Shown: positions 8,789 to 16,987 of the stretch, piece after piece
How the letters are laid out: the number at the start of each line of letters is the position of its first letter
Position numbering within the stretch: the first letter of the stretch is position 1
Assembly: GCA_019057865.1 (NCBI GenBank)
Contig: JAHLWP010000049.1
Coordinates: 1 to 24,630 of the forward strand
Origin: Promethearchaeota archaeon
GTDB lineage: Archaea > Asgardarchaeota > Lokiarchaeia > Sigyniarchaeales > SOKP01
Direction of reading: 5' to 3'
DNA length: 24,630 bases
Program-made: the position numbers and the translations under genes
Notes under the pieces: generated by a model
Seen by the model: only the letters and a program-made list of their open reading frames with translations
Told to the model about the DNA's origin: nothing
Databases searched by the model: none

Positions 8789-9988
8789 ATGAATATGTCA
8801 TCTAAGAGCAATGACCAATTACGTCCATTGATTATTGACATTGGAAGTAATACATTTCGCCTTGGATGGGCTGGTGATGACTTTCCTGATATTATTGCTC
8901 CTAGTGTATATGTCGATATTAATGATTATTTATTTACATCTAATGTTATTGATGGATTAGAAGACATTTTTATTGATAAGGAAAATGTTGAGAATCATTT
9001 ATTCGGAAGTGATGCCTTAAAATATCAAAATATTTTAAAAATCCATGAGTTCAAGAAGGAAAATAATTTTACTATACTTACGAAATTCTTTTATTCCTAT
9101 TATCAACAATTAAAAATATCTGAAGAATATCAATTCAAACAACCAATTATTATTATTACTCCGTTTTTTATGCCTGAATTGACACAAAACAAACTAAGGG
9201 AAATTTTTTTTGATATTTTTGGGTTCCCATCTATTTTGTTTTTATCTGAAACTCAAGCTATTCTTTCCACCTTACAAAAAACAAGTGGGTTAGTTTTAAA
9301 TATGGGGGAATCAAATACGTATATTTCAACAATTTTTCATGGATTTACAAATGTAATGGCGAGGGATATTTTTCCAATTTCAGGCAATGATTTAACAAAT
9401 CATCTTCTTAACATGATTTTAACAAAAAAGAGTTCTGAGACTGCCATTTATCTTGATTATATGACAGCTAAAGAGATTAAAGAAAGATTATCATTATGTG
9501 TTCTTGATCCGATTGGAGAGATGAAGCGAGTAAAAGGAGGATTGACAATGTATAATAGAAATGTTAATTTACCAGATGGTTCCAATTTAGAAATAAATTT
9601 AGAAAGGTTTATGCTTATTGAGCCCATATTTGATCCAACATTAATTCATATAGATTATATTGGTTTAGGAGAAACAGTAGCAAAAGTTATAAAAACATGG
9701 GATCGGGAGAATTGGGAAGAACTAATACCAAATATTATTCTCTCTGGAGGAGGAAGTCTAGTCCCAGGATTAGATAAAAGACTAGAATTAGACCTGTCAA
9801 ATTACTTTTCAACTAAGATAAAAGACAAGATTAAAGTAACAGCGGCTTCTGGTAGAGAAAATATGGGCTGGATCGGGGGCAGTATTTTATCTTCTCAAGG
9901 GAAATTAAAAAAGGGATGGGAGGATAATCCAACCTTTAAAACATTAAAAGGACAAAATTTAGAAAATAATAATCAAAATCCAAATTAG
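8789..9988 (+). CDS. Divergent actin-related protein (actin family)
   Basis: PLIIDIGSNTFRLGWAGDDFP (phosphate 1), ISGNDLT, AKEIKERL, LPDG..LEINLERF..IEPIFDP, NIILSGGGSLVPGLDKRLE (adenosine motif), WIGGSILSS. Confidence 0.93.
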   Translation: MNMSSKSNDQLRPLIIDIGSNTFRLGWAGDDFPDIIAPSVYVDINDYLFTSNVIDGLEDIFIDKENVENHLFGSDALKYQNILKIHEFKKENNFTILTKFFYSYYQQLKISEEYQFKQPIIIITPFFMPELTQNKLREIFFDIFGFPSILFLSETQAILSTLQKTSGLVLNMGESNTYISTIFHGFTNVMARDIFPISGNDLTNHLLNMILTKKSSETAIYLDYMTAKEIKERLSLCVLDPIGEMKRVKGGLTMYNRNVNLPDGSNLEINLERFMLIEPIFDPTLIHIDYIGLGETVAKVIKTWDRENWEELIPNIILSGGGSLVPGLDKRLELDLSNYFSTKIKDKIKVTAASGRENMGWIGGSILSSQGKLKKGWEDNPTFKTLKGQNLENNNQNPN

Positions 9989-10013
9989 AAATATAAAACT
10001 GAAAATTATATAT

Positions 10014-12599
10014 ATGTCTGTTAGTTTAATTGTCAAAAAAGAATTTTTAGAGAATTTTCAAAAGAATATTATCCAAGGACGCAGGTTACTTCAATCAGCG
10101 AATCATGTGTGGGCTGATCGTTTATTAACTGATTTATATTTTGAAATCGAAAAGACAAAATGGTTAGATATTCAAAAAAAGCATCAGTTGATAATGGTAA
10201 TATCAAATTCATGGTGGATATACTTAAACTCACTTATAAAGAGAGATGAGGAACAGGTTGATATTGATTTAATAAGATATATTGATGCTTATAAAAGATT
10301 TTTCTCATTTTTATCTAAACTGAATGATTTTTACTTGTTTGATAGCTTCTGTACAAACTTACTTAAGACATTTATCAATTTGGAGGAAGTATCTCAAGTA
10401 GGAATAACAAAATTCATTAATTCTTTTTCAATAAAGCTAAAAGAAAGAGAAGAATATCTCAAATTAATAGAATTACAGATTTTATTGATGTTTTTAAGAA
10501 AATCTGTTATCCCTTCTGAATATTTCCACTTAAGCATGGAAATTTTAGGTCGAACAATATTTAAACTAGAACCAGCAAAAAGACCTTTATTTTTATATTT
10601 CTTTTTAGAAAATATCTGTTTAAAATATCAACTTATGGAGGATTCAGCTGAATTTGTAAAAATTATAAACAAAATTTTAGTTAATCGCCTTCCTGGATAT
10701 TTGAAAAATGAATTTAGTAATATAAGTAGGATTTCAATTAATGAAAGAAGCTTTAATACTATTTTAGTTGACCTTGAAGAGCTTATATATTATTTAAACG
10801 ATATTGGTGAATATCTGTGGATCATGATAATTATAAGAAATATATTTTACAAAATGCAAGAATATCAGTCATTTGGAGATGCTGTCACTTATATTCGAAA
10901 ATATATTGATTTTTCAATAAATAGAAATCGGTTTGAAATTGCTTATGAAATATATGATTTTTTAGAAGATTTATTTATGTTTCAAACAGATCTTTCTTAT
11001 GATAACATATTAATTGAGCTTTGGGTTGAAGCTTGTAAAAAATTCGTTGATATGAAAGAAAAAAGATATTTGCTTCAGTCTTTAGAAAAATTGAATACTC
11101 ATTTAAAGATGCCTCAAACAAGTGCTCAAATTTTTCATTATTTCTATACATGTAATCTACTTTGGAAATTTAAATCAATGTTCTTTTCTTTAGAACAACG
11201 CGATTTCTGGAGAATGATGTTCTATCGAGCATTATTTGAAGAAAAAAATTATAATCTTGCTCAAAAAATTCTCCTTCATTTAGATGAAAAATTTATTAAA
11301 ATTATCACCAATTTAATTACATTGTATAATGAATCTGAACCTTTAAAAAATCAGATCTATTCATTTGTAGATGAAATTACTCCAATATACCTACAAGATT
11401 TTGTTATAAAACAGATAATCATAAGAATAAACTCTAAAGGTATTATTAGTTATCGAATGATATCATTAGATAATCAAATTGTTGAGGGATCAATAGTTAC
11501 CGAATTTTGGAATGATACTCAAATTCTCGAAATATTTAATGAACTGTTTTCTGAATCAGAACATAAGAAATATTTTTTTAATTTCACAGAATACGGTCAG
11601 CTGTTTTATATTTTTTTACCTGAATTAGTTAGAGATTTTTTTAAATCGTTTAAATTTGAAAGTTTGAATTTAGTACCTCAGATATACTTTATATTAGATA
11701 ATATGACTATTCCTTTTGATTTAATATATGATAATAATTTTTTCTTGTTAAAATATTCAACAGGTTATAAAATTGGCGAAGCACCTTTAGGTGGTATTGC
11801 TTTTGAACAAATTAGTCAAGAAGAGCCAGAATCCGAACCCTCTCAAAATATTTGTAATGCATTAATTATTGAAGCTATAAATTCAACGGGTCCAAAAAGA
11901 TGGAATGAAGATATTAAAAATAAGGAATTGATTTTTCCTTTTCCAGCCGGAGCCAATGAGCTAAACTATATAATAAATTTTCTTAATGAGAGAGATGAAG
12001 TAAATCAAATAACTCATTTAATTGGAGCAGCTTCAACTCGGGAAACAATTCTCTCGCATATATCTGATGGAGCATATCATATCATAATTTTTGTTGGAAA
12101 CATATTTTATTCTAAATGGAGCCCAAATGATAGTTTTTTCATAAGTAATGATGGAAATATTATAACAATAAACGAGATTAATAAACTTATAAACCAAAAT
12201 AAAGCAAATTTACAACCTTTTTTATTTTTTAATGCTCAAATCTATAATGTTGAGGGAAAAAAATTAAGAAATGTTTTAAGGAAATTAGGTGAAATTGTAG
12301 CTCAATTTGATTATGATAGGATTACAGGTATTATATCTCGTAATTACCCTATTTTTAATGATGAAGCAAATGAGATTATAGCAAATTTTTTCACTTATTT
12401 ATTTCAAGGGGATAGTCAAGGAATAGCCCTTCTTACAGCACGGCAACAATGTATCTCTGAAAAAATGATTAAACTAGTTGAAAAACAGTTTAAAGATCTA
12501 ACAACAGATGATGGAAGTAAACATATTGATTTAGAAAGTAGTTTAGCTTTATCCAGTTACATCTTGTTTGGAAAGCCATGGAAAAAATTAGTATTTTAA
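10014..12599 (+). CDS. Helical-solenoid protein with a C-terminal CHAT (caspase-like) domain lacking the catalytic His/Cys
   Basis: CHAT-like motifs in the expected order: YGQLFY.FLP, IPFDLI, FPAGANE, LIGAASTRE, IIIFVGN, FFNAQ, YPIFND.A...F, ALLTARQ, YILFGKP. Confidence 0.75.
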   Translation: MSVSLIVKKEFLENFQKNIIQGRRLLQSANHVWADRLLTDLYFEIEKTKWLDIQKKHQLIMVISNSWWIYLNSLIKRDEEQVDIDLIRYIDAYKRFFSFLSKLNDFYLFDSFCTNLLKTFINLEEVSQVGITKFINSFSIKLKEREEYLKLIELQILLMFLRKSVIPSEYFHLSMEILGRTIFKLEPAKRPLFLYFFLENICLKYQLMEDSAEFVKIINKILVNRLPGYLKNEFSNISRISINERSFNTILVDLEELIYYLNDIGEYLWIMIIIRNIFYKMQEYQSFGDAVTYIRKYIDFSINRNRFEIAYEIYDFLEDLFMFQTDLSYDNILIELWVEACKKFVDMKEKRYLLQSLEKLNTHLKMPQTSAQIFHYFYTCNLLWKFKSMFFSLEQRDFWRMMFYRALFEEKNYNLAQKILLHLDEKFIKIITNLITLYNESEPLKNQIYSFVDEITPIYLQDFVIKQIIIRINSKGIISYRMISLDNQIVEGSIVTEFWNDTQILEIFNELFSESEHKKYFFNFTEYGQLFYIFLPELVRDFFKSFKFESLNLVPQIYFILDNMTIPFDLIYDNNFFLLKYSTGYKIGEAPLGGIAFEQISQEEPESEPSQNICNALIIEAINSTGPKRWNEDIKNKELIFPFPAGANELNYIINFLNERDEVNQITHLIGAASTRETILSHISDGAYHIIIFVGNIFYSKWSPNDSFFISNDGNIITINEINKLINQNKANLQPFLFFNAQIYNVEGKKLRNVLRKLGEIVAQFDYDRITGIISRNYPIFNDEANEIIANFFTYLFQGDSQGIALLTARQQCISEKMIKLVEKQFKDLTTDDGSKHIDLESSLALSSYILFGKPWKKLVF

Positions 12600-12665
12600 T
12601 CATTTATTTTCCTTAAATTTATATAAATTTAATTTAGATTATTTATTTATAACAATAAGTGGATG

Positions 12666-12710
12666 TATATTGAGTTGCCCCGACAATTAAACTCCGGCAC
12701 ACTCAGTATA
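12666..12710 (+). promoter_or_regulatory. Stem-loop (14 bp, one bulged C, 16-nt loop) upstream of the PLD-like gene
   Basis: TATATTGAGT-TGCC pairs with GGCA-(C)-ACTCAGTATA and includes one U-G pair. Confidence 0.45.
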
Positions 12711-12743
12711 AAAACATTAACCAAGTTTACCAAAGCGAGAAAA

Positions 12744-13283
12744 ATGTCGGATAGATTAATAGAACTTAGAGTTAAAAATAAAAGACTTAAAGACCAAGTG
12801 TTAAGTTTGGAAGAGAAAGTTTTATCATTAGTAGGAATGATTAGCTTAGAAACGTCAGGAGGATTAACTAAGAAAAATGTGTTAAACGATCAACTAATTA
12901 ATTTAATTCAGGAAACAAAAGAACAACTAAATATTGTGTCTCCTAAAATTGATAGATTTTATGCAACAGAGTTAAAGAAAGTTGTGCAAAGAGGAATGCC
13001 TGTATTAATAATAACTAATGATAGAGGAGGAATTCCACAAGAATATCATGAATACTATGATGAGCTTAAAGCTACACCCGGAATAAACATAATAAATAAT
13101 CCAAATGTGAAATACTTATTAGTTTTTAATACAGAATTGGCTATTTATGCAGGAGGGTCCTTGGATAAAGAAGAGTTAGAAAGATCAATTTTAATTGTCA
13201 CAATGGTAAAGGAAACATCAAAGTTAAGACAAATTGCTGAAATTTTTAGTTTAATGCTCCCTTCATTCATGAGAGGCAAATAA
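12744..13283 (+). CDS. Coiled-coil + PLD-like (PLD/TrmB-middle fold) protein lacking the HKD motif
   Basis: LINLIQETKEQLNIVSP, L...VQRG..VLIITN and AIYAGGSL follow the PLD-fold pattern; the HxK(x)4D site reads NVKYLLVFNT. The start at 12744 (MSDRL) is preferred over 12663 because the upstream part forms a hairpin. Confidence 0.65.
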   Translation: MSDRLIELRVKNKRLKDQVLSLEEKVLSLVGMISLETSGGLTKKNVLNDQLINLIQETKEQLNIVSPKIDRFYATELKKVVQRGMPVLIITNDRGGIPQEYHEYYDELKATPGINIINNPNVKYLLVFNTELAIYAGGSLDKEELERSILIVTMVKETSKLRQIAEIFSLMLPSFMRGK

Positions 13284-13344
13284 TTCTAACTTTTTTTAAT
13301 ATGATATTTCCTTTTAATTTTAATTAAAGAAAAGGTCAACTTTT

Positions 13345-13506
13345 ATGAATAAAGCTTTGAATGAAAAATCTCAAGAGGGTTTGAAAGATATCAGGATAAA
13401 AGAAAATAAGATCAAATCAAAAAGAGTAAAAATTATTGTTGATGAAAATTCTGAATTCGATTGGGATTGGATTTTTGATAGAGAATGGTTGAGGACAAAA
13501 AAATAA
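13345..13506 (+). CDS. Small hypothetical protein, 53 aa (below the ORF-track cutoff)
   Basis: MNKALNEKSQEGLKDIRIKENKIKSKRVKIIVDENSEFDWDWIFDREWLRTKK*. It fills the gap, has AAGGT upstream and overlaps the methyltransferase start by 22 nt. Confidence 0.5.
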   Translation: MNKALNEKSQEGLKDIRIKENKIKSKRVKIIVDENSEFDWDWIFDREWLRTKK

Positions 13507-15677
13507 TTAACTCTAAAGTCATTTTAAACGCTTTTGGATTAAATTCTAGTATTTTCAAAGATTCTTTGAATTTCCTTGAAAAAGAAGCAGAAATCAATGA
13601 GGAAAAATTCCAAAAAAAATTAAAGGTATGGGAATCACTCTTCAGGAGCTTTTATGGAAAAGAAACAGATTCTAAATTATTTATAAAACATTCCTATTTT
13701 GCCTTAATTTTAAAAGTTTTAATTTTGAGTAAATTATGTATCATTCAGAATAAGAATACAGAAGAGATTTACCAATTTATAAAATCTAATAACTTTGATG
13801 CCTTAAATATTTTTGAGTTTGAATATTTCAACTGGACTCATTTTGATCGATTAATATTTAAAAAAATCTATCATATAATTGAAAAAACCAGTTTTGCACA
13901 ACAGGATTTGTTTCAAAGTCTCTATCAACAAATTTTTTTAACGCTAACAAGGCATAAAATAGGAGAATTCTATACGTTTCCTAACCTTGTTAAGAAAATG
14001 GTCGATGATTTTTATGAATTTGGGCTAAAAATATTGGATCCATCCTGTGGTTCAGGGAGTTTTCTGATAGATATTGTAATTAGTATTATTAATTCAAATA
14101 ATCCAGATTCCTCAAAAATTGAGGCTATCAATAAAGTCTATGGCTTTGATATAAACCCTTTAGCAACATTAACTGCTAAAGTTAACCTTTATTTATTATT
14201 TTTAGAATATTTTGACCTAAAGAATAATAAATTACCTAAAATTAATATATTTTTATTAGATTCTCTATTTCCTGACCAGTATGAAAAAAAAATTAATGCA
14301 GATATTCAGAAATTATATAGTACTTTTGACTTAATTATTGGCAACCCTCCTTGGTTAACTTATAAAGACATATATAGCAAAACCTATCAAAATAAAATAA
14401 GGAGTTTATCAAATAATCTGGGAATTAAACCCCGTAGTCAATATATTACACATATAGAATTAGCAGCTATATTCTTCTATGCTATTCCTTTGAAATTCTT
14501 AAAAATTAACGGAAAAATATTTTTCGTCATTACTAAAAGTGTTTTAAATGGTGACCATTGCTTTAAATTTAGAGGTTTTTCAATTTTTAACAATTTAGAA
14601 ATCTGGGATTTTCCCAAAGGTTATTTCTTTAATGTGAACCATGTCTGCTTGAAAGCAAGATATATTGGTAAGAATAGTAATATCTCACTTTCTGAAAAGT
14701 ATCCTATTAGAACCAAAATTTTTAACAATAATCTAGAAAATCTAGAAGAAACTTATTATTCAAGCTTAAAAATCGAAAATAATGGCGCAAAATTATTACT
14801 CCCTGAAAAACAACTAAAAATTATTAGTGAACTATCAAATAGTAAATATAAGAATATGTTTTTCCAAGGAGCTACTTTAGTTCCTCGGACATTAGTCTTT
14901 TTTCAGGTCGATGAAAAAAAGAATGGCCTTCTTGTAATATCTTCAGACCTAGATACTTTATCAAGGGCAAAAAGTAGATGGAAATTTACTTTTAAAAATA
15001 AAGAAATTGAGAAAATTTTTAGATATAGGACCTTTTTAAATAGAGACCTTGTACCTTTTTGCATAAAACAATTGAAAAATGTGTTTCTTCCTATCAATGA
15101 GAGTTTTGATTTTGATCAAAAATATCTTCAGAAATATCCTAAAGCTATGAGTTTCTATAAGGAAATGAACACTCTTTATCAAACGCATAAAAAAGAAACT
15201 AGTAGCATAAATACTTTATATGAAAATCTAAATTACTGGAATAAATTAAAAAAGCAAGTCAAAATTAAAAGTTATATTGTTATATACAATGCGAGTGGTT
15301 CCAATGTTAAAGCAGCTGTTATAAACAAGAATAAACAAAGAATTATAATTGGTTCAGAAAATTATTACTATTCAACTGAATCTGAAAATGAAGCCTATTA
15401 TTTATCAGCTATATTAAATGCTCCTAATTTATCAAAATATATAAAATTAATAAAAAGTTCCAGACATATTCATAAACGACCGTTTATGTTTCCAATCCCT
15501 ATATATGATGATAAAAATGAAAACCATAGGTTACTAGCGAAATTAGGGAAAAAATATCATGCTTTTGTTGAAGATTTGGTTAAAAATAATCCCAACATCA
15601 CTTCAGAAAAAGTGAGAATATTCATTAATCGGAAGTTAATGAAATTAGAACAATTAACTCAAGTTACTGTTTTTTAA
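13485..15677 (+). CDS. Gamma-class N6-adenine DNA methyltransferase with C-terminal target-recognition region (type IIG/Eco57I-like, no evident nuclease domain)
   Basis: GEFYT (motif X), ILDPSCGSGSFL (motif I), YGFDINP (motif II), FDLIIGNPPW (motif IV); EAYYLSAILNAP in the C-terminal region. Confidence 0.9.
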   Translation: MVEDKKIINSKVILNAFGLNSSIFKDSLNFLEKEAEINEEKFQKKLKVWESLFRSFYGKETDSKLFIKHSYFALILKVLILSKLCIIQNKNTEEIYQFIKSNNFDALNIFEFEYFNWTHFDRLIFKKIYHIIEKTSFAQQDLFQSLYQQIFLTLTRHKIGEFYTFPNLVKKMVDDFYEFGLKILDPSCGSGSFLIDIVISIINSNNPDSSKIEAINKVYGFDINPLATLTAKVNLYLLFLEYFDLKNNKLPKINIFLLDSLFPDQYEKKINADIQKLYSTFDLIIGNPPWLTYKDIYSKTYQNKIRSLSNNLGIKPRSQYITHIELAAIFFYAIPLKFLKINGKIFFVITKSVLNGDHCFKFRGFSIFNNLEIWDFPKGYFFNVNHVCLKARYIGKNSNISLSEKYPIRTKIFNNNLENLEETYYSSLKIENNGAKLLLPEKQLKIISELSNSKYKNMFFQGATLVPRTLVFFQVDEKKNGLLVISSDLDTLSRAKSRWKFTFKNKEIEKIFRYRTFLNRDLVPFCIKQLKNVFLPINESFDFDQKYLQKYPKAMSFYKEMNTLYQTHKKETSSINTLYENLNYWNKLKKQVKIKSYIVIYNASGSNVKAAVINKNKQRIIIGSENYYYSTESENEAYYLSAILNAPNLSKYIKLIKSSRHIHKRPFMFPIPIYDDKNENHRLLAKLGKKYHAFVEDLVKNNPNITSEKVRIFINRKLMKLEQLTQVTVF

Positions 15678-15796
15678 TAATAAATAATTAAAAAATACAA
15701 TAAACAACGAAATTTTATTAGAAAGGTTTTTCTTTAAAGAAATATTTTCTTTATTGAAAAAGTGTGATAAAACGATAAATGTAATTGTGAAATAAA

Positions 15797-16942
15797 CTGA
15801 AATTTGAAGATTTAGGTATAAATAAAAAAAATATTAGCGCTTTAAAAAGTCTAAATATAAACTTACCCACCCCTGTCCAGAAAAAAGCAATTCCTTTAAT
15901 TCTGAAGGGCCAAAATATTATGGCTCAGGCAAAGACGGGAAGTGGTAAGACTTTAGCATTTGTTCTTCCAATTTTTGAGCGTTTAGAAGGTATTAGAAAT
16001 GAGGCACTTATTTTAACTCCTACAAGAGAACTTGCGAAACAAGTCAACCAAGTAATTAAAGATTTAGGGAATTCAGTTAAATCTATGACTATATATGGGG
16101 GTGTTTCAATTAATAATCAGATAAGAAAATTGGATCAGGGAGTTCACATAATAGTTGGTACACCTGGTCGAATCATCGATCTCTATAAAAGGAAGAACTT
16201 AAAATTAAATAATATAAGATTTGTTGTTGTTGATGAAGCAGATCGATTATTTGATATGGGATTTGCTCCTGATGTTAAATATATTTTAAATCAAATCAAA
16301 ACCAACTACCAATTTCTGCTATTTTCTGCTACGCTTCATAATAATATTAGAGAATTAGTGAAGAAGTATTCTAAAAATAAATTTCAATTTATTAATTTAA
16401 GTAGAGATAATTTAACTGTAAGTAGCACTAAACAATTTTATTATTTGATTGATCGATTTGAAGAAAAATTTAAAACTTTCCTGAAGATATTAAGAAGAGA
16501 AAAACCAAAGCATACTTTAGTATTCGTTAATACAAAAAAAACTGCAGAGTGGCTAAATAGACGGTTAAAATCAACTCATAATTTTTATTATAAAGTGGGT
16601 ATTATTTCAGGAAATTTATCTCAACATCAACGAGAAAAAATCTTAAATTCCTTTAGAACTTATAAAATTAATATGCTCATAGCTACAGATGTTGCCTCAA
16701 GAGGTTTGGATATTGAAAATATCTCACATGTAATAAATTATGATGTTCCTAAATATCCAAACATTTATGTTCATCGAATTGGGCGAACTTCCCGAATGAA
16801 TAAACATGGTGTTGCTATTACACTATGTTTAAAAGATGAGTATGAATATCTATGTCATATTGAAGGTTTAATTGATAAAGAAATTAGGCTAAAAACATTA
16901 CAATACCAGGAACAAGAAAGATACCATAATCCTTTTTATTAA
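15797..16942 (+). CDS. DEAD-box RNA helicase (probable CTG start at 15797)
   Basis: The Q motif FEDLG...PTPVQKKAIP lies upstream of the track's ATG. Other motifs: AKTGSGKT, PTRELA, YGG, TPGR, DEAD, SAT, ATDVASRGLD, HRIGRT. Confidence 0.93.
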   Translation: MKFEDLGINKKNISALKSLNINLPTPVQKKAIPLILKGQNIMAQAKTGSGKTLAFVLPIFERLEGIRNEALILTPTRELAKQVNQVIKDLGNSVKSMTIYGGVSINNQIRKLDQGVHIIVGTPGRIIDLYKRKNLKLNNIRFVVVDEADRLFDMGFAPDVKYILNQIKTNYQFLLFSATLHNNIRELVKKYSKNKFQFINLSRDNLTVSSTKQFYYLIDRFEEKFKTFLKILRREKPKHTLVFVNTKKTAEWLNRRLKSTHNFYYKVGIISGNLSQHQREKILNSFRTYKINMLIATDVASRGLDIENISHVINYDVPKYPNIYVHRIGRTSRMNKHGVAITLCLKDEYEYLCHIEGLIDKEIRLKTLQYQEQERYHNPFY

Positions 16943-16987
16943 AATAGATAGATATCTCTTGCCAAAAATAATTTCTTACCCATCTTG

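Noticed and set aside
14903-15097. 64-aa minus-strand ORF
   Set aside because: Lies inside the methyltransferase gene on the opposite strand.
15785-15790. TTG-TGA as a start codon plus selenocysteine read-through into the helicase
   Set aside because: Sec at codon 2 of a helicase is implausible and no SECIS was seen; a CTG start is simpler.
12744-16942. PLD + N6-methyltransferase + helicase as a DISARM-like defence system
   Set aside because: The PLD lacks HKD, the helicase is an ordinary DEAD-box RNA helicase, and no DUF1998 or SNF2 gene is present.
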